NCBI RefSeq assembly: GCF_964355755.1
Contig: NC_092680.1
Location: 7,316,001 to 7,380,000 of the forward strand
Length of the DNA: 64,000 nt
From: Antedon mediterranea
Taxonomy: Eukaryota; Animalia; Echinodermata
Direction: 5' to 3'
The notes beneath the pieces were generated by a model that had not been told where the DNA came from, ran no database searches, and worked only from the letters and a program-made list of their open reading frames with translations. The translations under genes and the position numbers were made by a program. This document shows, piece by piece, positions 41,296 to 56,200 of the stretch (position 1 is the first letter of the stretch; each line of letters begins with the position of its first letter).

Positions 41296-44200
41296 GTAAG
41301 TATTATCAGGTGTAAATAGATGGCTTTAATTGGTGAAACAACCGTGAATTCGGTCGACCTTTTTTTAAGCCTGGCTGTCTGCCCAGCTCGCTCGGGTTGC
41401 TTCGTCCATGTTGGATTTAGATGGTATGCGTGCGTTTAACTGGGCCTAGTAAACACATGTTTTTTTGTCGATTTTAGGAACCTCCTGCCCCAATGTATGG
41501 TGTACGAAGCCCAATGCATCCACAATTGCAATCAAGTGTTGGTGGATCACTACCCAATGTTGCAATGATGGACGCTGGTGCATTTCAGGTGAGTGTTTTT
41601 AATGCCAAATAATTATAATAATAATATATTTATTTAAATAATTTTGGTTTGTTTATGTTTTAAATGAAACTTTTATTTGTTCATTTTACTTTCATATGTT
41701 CCATAATTGAATATTATACTTACAGCACAGACCTATTGACGTAGGCCTAGGCCTATTACTGATAGTATTCCAGTATTTTTTTTTGTATGTCAAGAGAGTT
41801 TTGTTTTGGCCTAATTTTGTAGACACCCAACCTCATCACCTCTCTTCCACACTTTTTAAGATTTAACATATAAATAAGATTCAAACATTATCACAAATAT
41901 TAAGGAATTACAATTCACAACACTATTGACTAATTTATTGATTGTAATGTATGTTTGACTGTACAGTAGGTGGACTACTTACATAAACATGTTATTGTGT
42001 TATGGTATATATACATTACCAATGTACCTTCTTTTTTATTTGCCTATGTATATAATATGATCAGTTGATATGGTTGTATTTATAGATGGCCCAGTATACC
42101 TACTACTACTATTGCTAAAATACATAACAAAGTATTCTATTGACCACTACTTATTTCCCATGTGTTTGCTGTACAGTATATTTAATTACAGCAAAGTGTA
42201 GATTGTTGTACTTTATAAATAATTATGGCAGTGTTTGTACTCTGTAGATGATACTATAAATAGGTAATGGAAAGAAATGAATTAAGAAATAAGACCTGTA
42301 CTGTAGATTAGATTTATAGAATCAGTGCAGTACTGTAGGAACTGGGTAACAGAATATGACGTCTGTTCAATACAGAAAGAAATGTATCTGAAGTTTGCTA
42401 CATACAGTGGCTGGATCACATTATTTCCTCATGATGTATTTATTTTCAGTCATAGTCAATAGTGGGAAACCTCCTAATAACAGAATGGATTAAAAATAAT
42501 CTCGATAAACAACCCCTTCATATTATTTGTGAACGTACAAAGTTAGCTAATTTTTTTAAATAAAAAATATAAATGAACATCACAGTATTGTACTGTGTAT
42601 CAATATTGGTAATTTTAAGTTATTTTTTATGTACAGTAACTGAAAGAAAATGTTCACTACTGATGCAGTAGGGCCATAACAGTAATTGTAGAAATTATCG
42701 GTTCTTTAGACAAAATCATGTACAACCTCCAATCTACATTAAAATAAATATTTTAGCATTGTTTGCAATTTGTAACCCTGTATACAGTATTCACAGCTGG
42801 TAACAATGATGTTAATAACCCTGCCATGAAATAGCCATTTTAAATGCATGTTTGATATCAACCCTGCTGCCATCTATGAAATAGCCATTTTAAACATACA
42901 ATACAGTAGCCTACGATTTCTTGTCATTTTCTACACATTTCAGAGTGTGACCCTCGAGAATCAATGCATAACCACCGTGTGATATGGTCTAAATTTGGCC
43001 CACTCTAGAGTTTGCCCAAAGCAGTCTGAGCATTTACATTTATCAAGTTCAACTTTTAGCCTAAATTGTGGAGTCGAGATGTTGTACATTTATGGCAAAA
43101 CTATCACGATAGTACTGTTCAACTAGAAGTTGCTCAGGCTTATAATTTTTTAATATTTGGAAAAGAAAATGTGACAATTATTTATTTCACAAAACTCATT
43201 CATTTTATCATATTACAATTAAATTTTACCCAGGTTTTTAACCATCAATGATTTTGATAATGTTTATGATATTCTAGAAGACATGCTACAGTACTGTATG
43301 ATTAAATTATGTAAACATGGTTATGAATGCTGTTTCTAAGTATCCTGTTACTCATATTGATGTTAATTATCTCTCTTCAACCATAATTTGAAATGTTGTC
43401 TTGTAGTACTCAATTGTACTAAAAATATAGAAATAAATGTATGTATGAACATGTAGAATATTAAATTATAAATCAATTAACAGATTAAATAATATTGAAT
43501 TATATTACCATTGTACTGTAGTGTACATTCATTGTACAGTACAGTAGCAACGAAAGGTCTAAATAGTCGATTTCAGATAATTTATAATGTAGCAACCATG
43601 AGGTTTAAAGCTCTATACACTATCAAACTTTATGTGACAAAAAAATGTGATGTGCCCATATATGGACATTATGGTGTCATATTACTGCCATATTTGGGCA
43701 TATCCCTGCCATATTTGGGTACATCACACTTTTTTTGTCAAACTAGTTTGATAGTGTAGACAGAATCTTTATACTTTAGGCCTTTAAAACACATCTGAAA
43801 GGTTAATGACTCTGTCTAAGTTGTTTTCAATGATCTTGCTTGTTGGCCTAACTTGTTAAATAATTATCATTTTGATAATTTAATTTATTAATGCAGCATA
43901 CAATAGTCAATGTGTGATGTGCTCTCTGCTTAATACTGTATGTCAATGTTGTTAAAAACTATTTAAATTCAAAAATCGTAATCGCAATAAATATGCAAAC
44001 ACAGTCTTTTATTTTATATGTTTTGTATGATATGAAGACAAGATTTTTAATATACATTTAATACAAAGCAGACCTATTTTAGAAAAATAAGGGAGACCAT
44101 TAGATATACAGTACCCATCATTTAAGGAAGCCTCTACAGTAGCTTACGTTACTGTCTGACTTGACTAAAAAGATCTGTGAGTCTGCCTTAACAAAAACTG

Positions 44201-47200
44201 GTTTGCAACTGGCGATTGAAGACTTATTTAACTGTAGTGTTTAAGTGCCATAGTGTACAGTAGATTTTATTTACCTGAACTACAGTAATATAGTGCTTTG
44301 TATTGTACTGTATAGAGGCAGGGAACTAGTTTATTAACTGAACAGTGTAGTATTTACCTGAACTACAGTAATATAGTGCTTTGTACTGTATAGAGGCAGG
44401 GAACTAGTTTATTAACTGAACAGTGTAGTATTTACCTGAACTACAGTAATATAGTGCTTTGTACTGTATAGAGGCAGGGAACTAGTTTATTAACTGAACA
44501 GTGTAGTATTTACCTGAACTACAGTAATATAGTGCTTTGTACTGTATAGAGGCAGGGAACTAGTTTATTAACTGAACAGCGTAGTATTTGCCCAATGTAC
44601 TTATTTCCAGCCTTCACCCTATGTAAAATATTGTCATCTATTTCGTGCCTAGCTTACCTGGATAAACCGACAGTAGCTCGTGCTCCTAGAAGAAGGGCTT
44701 AGATACAGTGCAAAAAGTAAAAGACCATAACCATCAATTTGGAACGTTCCTTCGTACCACCGTCATCATTTCCTTTCATAACGTAGAGACGTTACAACGT
44801 GAAAAGAATTTAGAATGTGATACATTTGTACATTGTATATATTTTTTTCTCTGTTTAGACTATTTTTGAGTATAACATTTTTTTTTTTATTTGAGGAAAT
44901 TTGTCAGAAACTACACTTAAGTGATCCTAAATTATCCACTATTGGCCATTACAATCTGTTGGGAAAATGTACACATACACACAACAGGAATGACAGTAAA
45001 ATTATAATTAGATTTACTGTATATTATTAGAAAGAGATGTTGGTAGAGATATCGTAAACAAAGGATTAACAATCTAAAATTTATTTATAATTTAAGATTA
45101 AAAAATAAAATATTAAATATTTGTAATTGATACCACATCGAGACATAAAGGGGATACACGTCCGTCAATACACATTGGTTACTGGTGCCTGAACTAGTAA
45201 AAAAACAATAACCAACTGTAGATTTTGGATAGAGGTAGATAGATACTGGTAAAATAATCTACAGCTTGACACATTGATACCATAAGTGGTATACAAAAGT
45301 GCAGTACAAACCTAGTCTATATCGTGCCTAGCTTACCTGGATGTACTGGTGGCGGACTGATCCATTATCCGATGGGGGTGTGGGAAAATTAATGTTATTA
45401 ATGTTCTTCTTTTCGTAATGTTTACCTCTCGTCGGAGAGAGAGGCTTATGTTGGTTTATCCAGGTAAGCGGCACTCATAGACTACCAACACCACTGTTGG
45501 TTTGTGTATTTTAGGTGGTAGGTACATGTATTGAAAAAACTTCTTTAAAATTCTTATTTGTAGAAGTTTTTTAAAATTAATTAATTACAGTTATTAATAT
45601 TATTTAACTATAATTTAACTACTATACAATATAAACCACAGAAAGTGTACAGATGAGTACAGTGGATATATTTGCACTCGGTAAGAGGCAATTAAATTAT
45701 AGTTTATTGACTTGCAGCTTAATAATAGTACCAAAAACAAATATCACTTGGTGATATTAATGTATTTTAATGTACCTTGACACAATACATGGTATTGATG
45801 TTGATTATCCGCCCACTCAAATTTGACGACACACACCGTGGTGTCGTTATTTGAATGTTCATAATTAATAAGCATAAGGATAAAATGAATATTTTGATTA
45901 AATGACTATTTTAAAATATTAATGATATTATTCGGTAAATTAAACTGGCATACAGTAGGTCAATTTCTTGTATTGTATTGACAAGTAGGTAGGCACGTTC
46001 TTCCATGGCATTCCAATATCATGGCTACTGGACACTTGCAGTACTATAATGCATCAGTACATTCAGTAAAGATAAATTGCTAGATATATCAGAACTGTTG
46101 AAAGGAATAGAGTGAACAAAATGAATTAACAGACCTACAATAACTAGGGTCTACACCTCTTTTGGCATGGTTCCCGGTTAGGTGCCGGCCAATCAAATCA
46201 AAATGTTTTGTTTTCACATGGCTATGAGCGAGAAAAACTCAACAGTTCTTTTCAGAACTAATATACGTGGTGTACCGCAAACTTTATATCAATATGCGCC
46301 AATCGATATACACGTATAGTAGCCCACGTGAAAACGAAACATTGACGTCATCTCAAATCAAAAGCTCACTAATATGAATTGTGAGACAATGAGGACATAG
46401 TGTAGCAGGTTAGGCTGTGTGGATGATGACCCTAATTGTACAGTACATTCCCTGGATAAAAAATGTGTAAACTGCATTAGTACAGTATGTTGTTTTCTAT
46501 TTATTTTTCATTCATTAAAATGTTTTCTATTTAGGCCTATAGTTTAGTAGTAAGATAAACACATGCTGCAGCTACAGTATGTAGGATCTACTGCACAGTG
46601 TAGTACGTGTTTGAAATTCAATTTAATTTCACTGAATCCCGTGTTTTACTGTATGGCTTTTGATCCTAGACGTAGGTCCTAATTATATTTTTTTTAAATT
46701 GCAATTGAGTTATTTATTCTATAGGCAGTTTAATTTGAAATGAAAAGATGCTTGTATTAGGTATATTTATGTTTATAAGGCCTAGATGAAAGGTTTGATA
46801 ACTTGGTTATATGCTCTATTGTTTCCATTGAATAAGCAGTGCTTTTGTTGTGATGCATGCAACGTACGCCCGCCTTTGGCTAATTTACTTCACAATTTGA
46901 CTTGAATTATTTATAGAATTCTGTACTCTGTAGGAAATTTAACCTAGATTTTATGCGATTAGTGTTGGAACTGTAGCTAGGTGATTTGGTAAGCTAACAT
47001 ATGTACTTTATAACCCTTGGATCTTGTATTCCAATCCTCAAACTGTCACAGTTTATGACTTTTTTCCACGGCTAAAAAGCTACTACTATAGAAAACATGG
47101 GCTAGTTTCACATCTTGTAATTGACAAGTCATGCTTGAAGTTGTGTGTTGAAATTAAAATGAGTGAACTTAATATTTGATTAAAATAAATAATTACTGTA

Positions 47201-50200
47201 AGTCTGTAGTAATTTTTAAAGATATTTCATGTAAAATATTGTGAAAAAGAGTACAGTAACAATACTGTATTAAGCAAAAATATTCAACCTCAAAACGAGT
47301 CCACAAAGCTTTTACATTACCTTATGTGACAAAATGTGATGTGCCAAAAATATGGTAATGATATGACCAAATACTGTACTGCATAGTAGTAGTAGTGATA
47401 TGACCAAATATGGTAGTGATATGGCCAAATATGGTAGTGATATGGCATAATAATTATTGTAGTGATATGGCATCATCATATTCCTATATGGGCACATCAC
47501 ATTTTGTTGTCACATAAAGTTTGATAGTGTAGACAGAGCTTTAAACAGGGCTCCTTACAGTAACTACATTTTGAACCACCATCAGTAAGTTGTTTTGCAA
47601 TCTAGTGCCTACAGTACTACACACTACACTACAGTAGGTGTGTTGTTTCATCCAGATATCCTTAACAAAATGTTGGAGCCAAAATGCTTAGCACTCTATT
47701 AGTATTTGATAAAAAAGAATGTGATGTGGCCAAATATCAAATATAGTAGTGATATGACATCATCATGTCCATATGGGCACATCAAATTTTTTTGTCACTT
47801 TAAGTTTGATAGTGTAGACAGAGCTTTAAAATTCATCTTTGAAGGACCATGACCTGTTGAAATCAATTATTTCAAAACCCTGATGATTATTGATTATTTA
47901 TTAAGTTTTAACAATGCTTGATTAGGATTCATGAAATCATAATCCACTTGTCATCGGGATAGCAGGTTGTCAAATCAGTTTGGGCTAAATCTGCAACATC
48001 TTCAAATGTATGTAAAATCAACCACTATGCCTTTAATCTTAATTAATTGGATGTACGTGTACAGTAGTTGTATTAGTATTTGGGTATGTGATTTGAGTAG
48101 TCGAATGGCTAGGACAATTGACTGTCATACAGAGAGACGTGGGTTCAATTCCTGACAACTCCCAGTTTACTCAGCTGTAAATAGAGTACGTGGTTGAAAA
48201 TACTAGGGAGGATGGGTGATGAGGCGGCGTGGAAAGGAACTAGTTGTACTAGATCATGCATCACAAACGCCTTGTGTACAGCTGTTAGAGTACATGATGT
48301 CTAATTTGATTCCAATTTTATTTAATAAAAAGTGATTATTGTATCATCAACATCAATTTTTATTGTTGTGTTTGTGGTAGATATGGAATTTCATTTTACC
48401 CACCTTCCTACCTGAGTCTACAGTATACTATACTCTCACCGAAGAATCACTACTTTATAGTGAACGGTACAGTACTGTATACTGCAGGTACTACAAGGTG
48501 GGTATTGTACCTGTATTGATATTCTGTGAGGGCGCTGCGGCTATATAAATAACTTAATAATTTAATTTTACTATATTTGTAATAATAGCATATACTGTAG
48601 TATAATTAATAGTATAGATATTTCTGCAAACAACTCATTTAGATTTAAAAGAAAACCTTGTTTCTGTTGTATCTATGTATTGTAGGTATTAAAAAAAGGA
48701 ATAGGATCCTTTTACATAGTGTATTGTACAGTAGTAGGCCTACAGTATGCACAGTGTGGTACAGTAAATGGTTGATAATATTCCATTGCTATCTGAGCAC
48801 ATTGTTGTTCGGTGTACAGTACTGTACTGTATATTGTCCACAAATTTCACCACTACAGTGCTACTGTATTGGACCAGCATGACTTAGCATTGGTGATACT
48901 ATTTAAAAGTGCCCTAAACATAGTGGTAACAACAGCAATTCTACCATTTTGTTTCTACCAAATGAATACTAAAAGATTTCTTTTCTAGTTTATTTCCATA
49001 GTATTTTAGGTTAATATTATTGTTATTATTCCTCTTTGCCATATCTAGGAAAATGTAGGCAGACGACATGGTTATTATAAATCTTCAGAGGTAAGTCATA
49101 CAGTATGTCTCGGAAAAATAAAAAACAACCTACTGTACTGCATTCCTTCTTCTTATTAATTTCTAAAAAATATTTTACTGTAGCTTATTATGATTGTATT
49201 TTCTATTAATTTCATTCTATTGTATTTTTTCGAATCATGATTGGTTTACAAATCTCTTTACAAAATTCTTCCTTTTTTTTTGGTTTGTTGCATTTGTTAA
49301 CATTGAAAATATTTTTCATTTTTATAGAATAATTCTTTTAATTTACTCATGGTAATTCTTTTCATAAATCCATTGAAATTGTGATTTTGAAATAATATTT
49401 TGGTATTGTAATATTTTTTAGTATAATTCAATTGACATTGTCTTGTTATATGTTTGTACTAATTTTTCATTAGATACTGACTATTAAAAAACGAAATATT
49501 AATTTGATATTAACATTTATTTTTATTAACAATAGCAAGCAAACTTCTTCCCAGTAACTGACCGGTTGTGGCCATTCATTATTCTGTCTTACATCAATGT
49601 AATTTAATGGTGATATCAATATTATAAGAGATACAGTATGTGTTAGTTAACACATTAATGTTGACAAAGTTAGCTGATAAGGAACACATAAGCACTGTAT
49701 ATTGTTAGTCAACAAAGCCTGTTGCATTATTCAAAATTGCATGATATTTTAATTTTGCATGATATGCAGAGCTTGTGTATTTTTGCAATTCATTTTTTTT
49801 TTTTGGTAAAAGGTGGCACTGCTGTATTGTTAATAAACTAATTTTTCCTAATATAAACATTTTCACAATACACTAAATCCAGAAATTACTGTAAAAAAGG
49901 AATTCAATTTTGATTAAAACATTTTAAGTTGCACCAAGAATACATTTCTTTGTTGTGACTTTGTCCTTTTCAACTTGCTGTCATTTCCAAGATTCGCTTC
50001 AGTGCTTTAAGTCAGCGCTTGTCACGTGTGCTATAACCAACACTATAATTTACAGTACTATTGTTTTAAGGTACAAGTTAATTGGAGTATGATGTACTGT
50101 ACTTGTAATACACTGTGATTATTGATCTCAGAATCATTGTACTGGGATAGCATCAGATTTGCCATTTCAGATATTATTAAATGAGGCCTGGCATCACAAA

Positions 50201-53200
50201 AGCGACACAGAGTCGTAACCATAACTTTTAAGATATTTAGCCTTTAATGTCACATTTTGAGACTTCAATAAAAACGATTCTTGTATAACATTTCAAACTC
50301 CTGTTTATGGAAAAATATCATAACTATGTGTATTTTGCAATTATTTAAGCCGGCCTACGCTAGGCCCACCTAATCGGCGTCGCTACTTAATTGTTGATTT
50401 TCTCAAAATGAAAATGTTCTCAATGACTCGTACAGTATTTTTTCATTGATAACTCTTCATATATTGTAATAGACCAATTTTAATAAATAACTGTTCATTT
50501 TAAAGCTTATTATATAGATTTAATATTTCCTCTGAATGTTTTCCGTCTTCCGACATTACGCTTTCCACAATTTGTTTCCATTTAATAGATTTAATATGAA
50601 TATATAAAAATATTTATTATCTGTACCAGAATAAATGTTTTACACCCGATATTAAAAATGGTTTATAAACTACACTAAACATAAACACTTCCTAGTACAG
50701 TATTGGTATATAGTAGGCTATGCCTAGACATTAAAAACATTACTACAGTATAAGAAGCAATCAGATGCTACAGTATATTTGGATGATAAACTAATGTACA
50801 ATACCTTTTGTGTATGTAATACTGCCATTTGTATCATGTTTATTGATTTTGAAATTGGGAGAAAACTGATATATTTGATTTGTTTATTTTTGGATAATTA
50901 TGTATATTTTATTGCGAGAATACAATACATTTTAGAAAAAAAATCAGAAAGTTACTGCAATCCATTGTTACTGTCTGTTTTATGATGTCAATTTGAACCT
51001 AATCCAAGAGAAGCCTTCTCATTGTGAATGCTTAACGCGTGAAGAGAATTGGGATTAAAATCAAGTTTGATAGCGTAAGGAGAAATGTAATGTGTTTAAA
51101 AGGGGAAGATAATTCAAATTCATCATGTTTCATTTTTCTGTGACTAATTCTGTATTTAAAATGCATAGGATAAATTTAAATATCATCTGAATAACTGATG
51201 ACACAAAATCTATGAACAAACCAATTTTGTTTGTGGTCGATATTGAGTAATGTAGAAAATAGCGATAATACAACTCAAATTTGAAAATCATGTTGACCTT
51301 ATATACCGGTAGTCCGTTTATAATGCCTACAGTAAGTACATATTTTTTGCAGATTAATTTTCGCTAAGAATTTTTTTTTTGTATGTTAATTGTGATGTTC
51401 CAATTAATAAATATCCCTCTCTTCCCGATCCCTCCCCTGCTGTCTCGTGGCGCGGGGCCCTTCTGAATCACTTGGCTCTGGTGATACAGCATAGGCCTTC
51501 CTAGCTTGGGACCCCGCATTCAAACACCGCTTTTAACACAGCCATTTTAACCCAATAAAAATGTTATTTCATTAAACAATTAAATTTAGAAGTTAAGATG
51601 ACGGAATTTCACGCTAAGCTCCACCCACTTTGTTAAAGCTCATGCATACAGTACATTATTCATGAGCACCATCCTGGTGACTTCCCGTCGTGTTTTGTAA
51701 AGTCCCTAATGATAATGATATGAACATTAATGTTCATTCACAATACAGTACTGTATATTAAAATATTGCCATTTATATATCGCATCCCCTCCCCCCCCCC
51801 CCCCCCATGTAACTGTAATGTAATAACACAAATAGAATGTTCTCAACACTTGTCCATTACAGTCAACTCTCCCAATACTGGACTCTCCCAAAACCGGAAT
51901 TCACGGAAAACCGGACTTTTTTGGAGGGCCCAATTTGTCCCTATTCTAAATGTACTGTAATTTATTATGAAAACCGGAATACCCAATTCCGGAATCCGGA
52001 CAAATTATGAAGTACAAAACACGAAAATTAGCGTCTGAAAACCGGACTGACAGTTAAAAAACTCCAAATATTTACGAAAACAACGTAACATCGTCGTCGC
52101 TGACTCGGATTCAATACATTCACAATGTACAAAAGCTTTTAACCATACCCTGACCGGACCATGCATGAAGTGCGCGACGTTTCGCGGTCCGATCAAATAA
52201 TGTTGCCATGGAGCGCTACACTGTGATTGACAGGTCAGTTCATTGTTAACCCACGAAGCGGCAATTGCTTTGTTGGGTATCGAACTGCGGTGAAGCGCTA
52301 CGTCTTAATGTCTATTGTTTTTAGCAGGGAGTTGTTAACAACTCCCTGTTTTTTAGCATATGAATTGTTTTTTAATAAAGTTCAATTTACATTCCACTTT
52401 GTGTCTTTCTTTTGTTTAAATTATTGTTAAATTCACAATTGCAATAGGACTTTAAAAAGGAATGTTTCACTAAAAATGTGCATCATTATAAATTTAGAAA
52501 TCATTATGGCAAAACGTAAACGGAATGAACTTGACTTAACTAGTGTTAATAAACTTTGAAATGTTACCAATTAATTATTGTGTCATTATTGCTTGGCTCG
52601 TTTATTGCTATCAAATTACGTCAAAATAAAGGAGCTTAAAAAACATGTGGTCTAAGTGTGGGTGTTTTTATTTGATTATGACACCTCTGCACATGCGCAT
52701 CAATCAAAGCCCCGCTCTGCTATTTTTATCACCCATGCTGCTGCTAGCTCGCGATAAACAATAAACGACCAAAATTATGTTCACCGTACGTACGTAGGCC
52801 TAGCCTCTAGGCCTTTTTGCCGCTAAAAACACATTGAGAAACAATAATTTACTACTGTAACATGTTTTATTGGTACAGTAAATAATGTAACTTTTAAAAA
52901 AGGTAAATTGAATTAGCTTAATATTAATAAAGTAGGCCTATCCGTATTATTTAATTAAAACTAGCTTGACACAATCATAGCCTAGGCCTTCCCTACGCTA
53001 GACCGTACCGGGTAGCATTTGGACCGGTGATTCAAAGCATTTTCAGTGACAACATGATGACTTTAAAAATATGTTTTCAGGAAACCGGACTTTCGAAAAA
53101 CCGGAAAATATATGCCCGCCCAAGGGTGTCCGGTATTGGGACAGTTGACTGTATTAGATTTGGACCTTTTTTTTTAAATTTCTTTCCGACTGAATAGGTC

Positions 53201-56200
53201 CCCCAGTATAATAAATACACTCCATCCAAGTGCTTTTATAAAATGTTGACATGTATACAAGTGCATTTCTGATGACTATTTAATGTACAGTAAGTATTGC
53301 GTGTACTCACTGTATTATCAGTAACAGAAAACCAAAGCATAATATATACAGTATGATCAATACTACAGTCATATTGATAACAAAATTATATACATTTATA
53401 ATTAATTTAATTAGATAAATACTGTACCAAACTTTTTTAGAAAAAGTAGTTGAGGTTAGCTACTAAAATACATGTCTCCTTAAATATTTACTGTATTAGA
53501 GGAAAAGAAACCAAAATCAACCTCGTACTAATATGGTTATTTATAGTAATTTGTACAGATTTTCAGTCGTCTGTTCTCTCGTGTCTGTGACAGTAATAAT
53601 ACTATGATTCATTAAAATATTACAAAATCAATCTTTGTAATCTTATATTTTGTTTACGTTGAGTGTCATTGTTGTACTGTATTATTATTCATTGATGAAT
53701 ATAATATATTTGACAGATATTGATTTGTTGAGATTATTAACAAGTAACTCAAATACAGTGTATAAGTTACGGTGTTTAGAATATGATCCCATCTTCATAA
53801 CTAATATCATGATAGCTTCAGTATAGTAAATTGGTATACAATTTGGTTTTACATTATATTCAATTTCAAGTTATACAGTAGGTACTTTGACCAGCCATTT
53901 TGGCCAGAAATTAATAGTTTATCAAATTGTTTTAATCGACAAGTCAGTTGAGAATTGCCATTATACTATTAGATACATAAAATATCAGTCCTAGTTAAAT
54001 TTGAAAAAAAAAAAACCTAACCTTACAAAAAACTAAGCGATTGAATGGAGCTAAAAGTGCTGGGACATCAATTTGATGGTCAAAATTGTCATGTGTTTTT
54101 TTCCCTCTTTTCCCACTTGAATGCATCTCACATCAATGCAGGTCTGTTTGACCCACTTAAGAAAAACACTGAAAATAATGAATTGCGAGAGTGCAACTGA
54201 CTTTTTATTCAGAATAATTCTTCATGAGAATATTTGTCTAATTTATGTTAATATTGGTTATTTTAGTCTGTTTAACTTTTGAATGAATTATTGTCATTGA
54301 TGTTTGTAAATCGTATTTGTCATAAAAAAAAATGTTAGGAGGAGGAGCATTAATAGGCCTATCAAAATAGTGAGGAGTAATAGGCAAACCTTCAGTTACA
54401 GAGCTACAGTCGTTAAGTCTTTACTCGCTTAATTTATGCTGTCAATTGAAGCCTAGTAGTGGCTGTATTCATTAAATTTTGTCTGCTAATTTCTCTGACT
54501 TGCTATTCAGTGAGCTGCTAATGATGTTGCTGTAGCCATCTAAATCCCCATTCATTGGCTGTCAGCCCTTCAATGACCAAAGCATTGATGCCAACGATTC
54601 AGGTATTTTCTATTATGATCGATGATGCATATCAGAGATACAGTAGGTTGTTGCTGGTTGTCGTCGTATACTATTGTACTAGTCATAGTGTAGTGCAATA
54701 CTTGTAGTGTTTTTATTATTAGCAATTTTCTTCGAAAACTACTATAATACTTCATATCAGTCAAAAATCATTGATAAAATCTATGCATACCGTATATTTC
54801 GGTGTATAAGTCGCACCTGTGTATAAGACGCACCGCCCAAATTGAAGAGTAAAATATCGGTATTTTTTATATCGTCGATGTATAAGACGCACCTTATATT
54901 TCATCAAAACAATTTTTTTAAATTGTAATCAATATTATTGTAATAATATATTTTGTTATATCTACAACTGCGTCCTTTATTTAGGTTTTTTCTTACCTAG
55001 GCTCGGCCACACCCAGCCTCAACAAGTTCTTTCTAACTTGTTATTCATGAGTTTCGCACCCGCAACATCGAGTGCATGACCGTGTGTGTAACATGTACGT
55101 GTGTGGTCTAGCCTCGCTCGATCATTTCGAGAGGGCGCACGTTTTCACGGACAATTGTATTCGATTAGTATCTATGTATCCGAAAAGTGTGTACGCTAGG
55201 TCCATGCTATAATCACCTGGAGAATATACTAGTCGAATACCGTACACCATGTGGCCGCCAAGAAGGGCTTGCGCTGGGGGTACGGCGATCGTGCGTATAA
55301 CTATAAATAAATACTAGCCTAGCCTAGGCTATTCCAATCGTAAACGTTTACAAATGAAATTTTATCGGAACGCTAGCTCCATAATGAACAAATCTTTTCA
55401 TCATATTTAGTATAACATCATGCTAAAATGCCTTGAAAACTTAAAGCAGGTTGCCGTTACGTTAGTATACTGTAGCTAGGCCTAGCCTACTCAGGCCTAG
55501 CAAACGAGGTGACGATATGTACAATCTGTGTGGTGAGGCATTTATGTTTGGTGTATAAGACGCACCCTTAATTTAGAGGTCAAATTTGGTTGTCAAAAGT
55601 GCGACTTATACACCAAAATATACGGTACACCTTTTTTTATAAATATAGCCCTAGGAAATATGAGAATTTTTTATTTGATTCCATTTTTAAAAATTAGAAT
55701 TTGAACCTACTGTACCTAGATTTGCTTCTACTGTCAAGTATTTTGGCCCACATCCAAGATATAGTAACAATAAAAAAAATCAAAATAAGAAATCATCGTC
55801 AGTGTGAAGCGCCTACAGTAAAATTAACGTTTGTTCAAATAAATATATTGGCCCATTACCAAATATTCTTGATGTATTTCATCTATCCTACAATAAACAT
55901 TACTGAACTATACTTAAATGTATTACATTTTACTTTGATGTACTGTACAGATAAACAGGATGGTTCTACAGTGTACTACTAATAGAGAATTAGTTTTAGA
56001 TACCGTATTTGAGAATCTCCCTAGTGAGTTATCTGAAAATTCTCCCTACAATCAAAACAAACTTATTTCCACTACAATAGGTTTCACTATGAAAGCTTGT
56101 TGTTGTTGGTATGCCATTGAAATAATCGAACAACTCATTTACTGCTTGGTTGTGTAAATACAATTCCTTTTAGCTACCCACCCAGTTGACAAACTATAAA

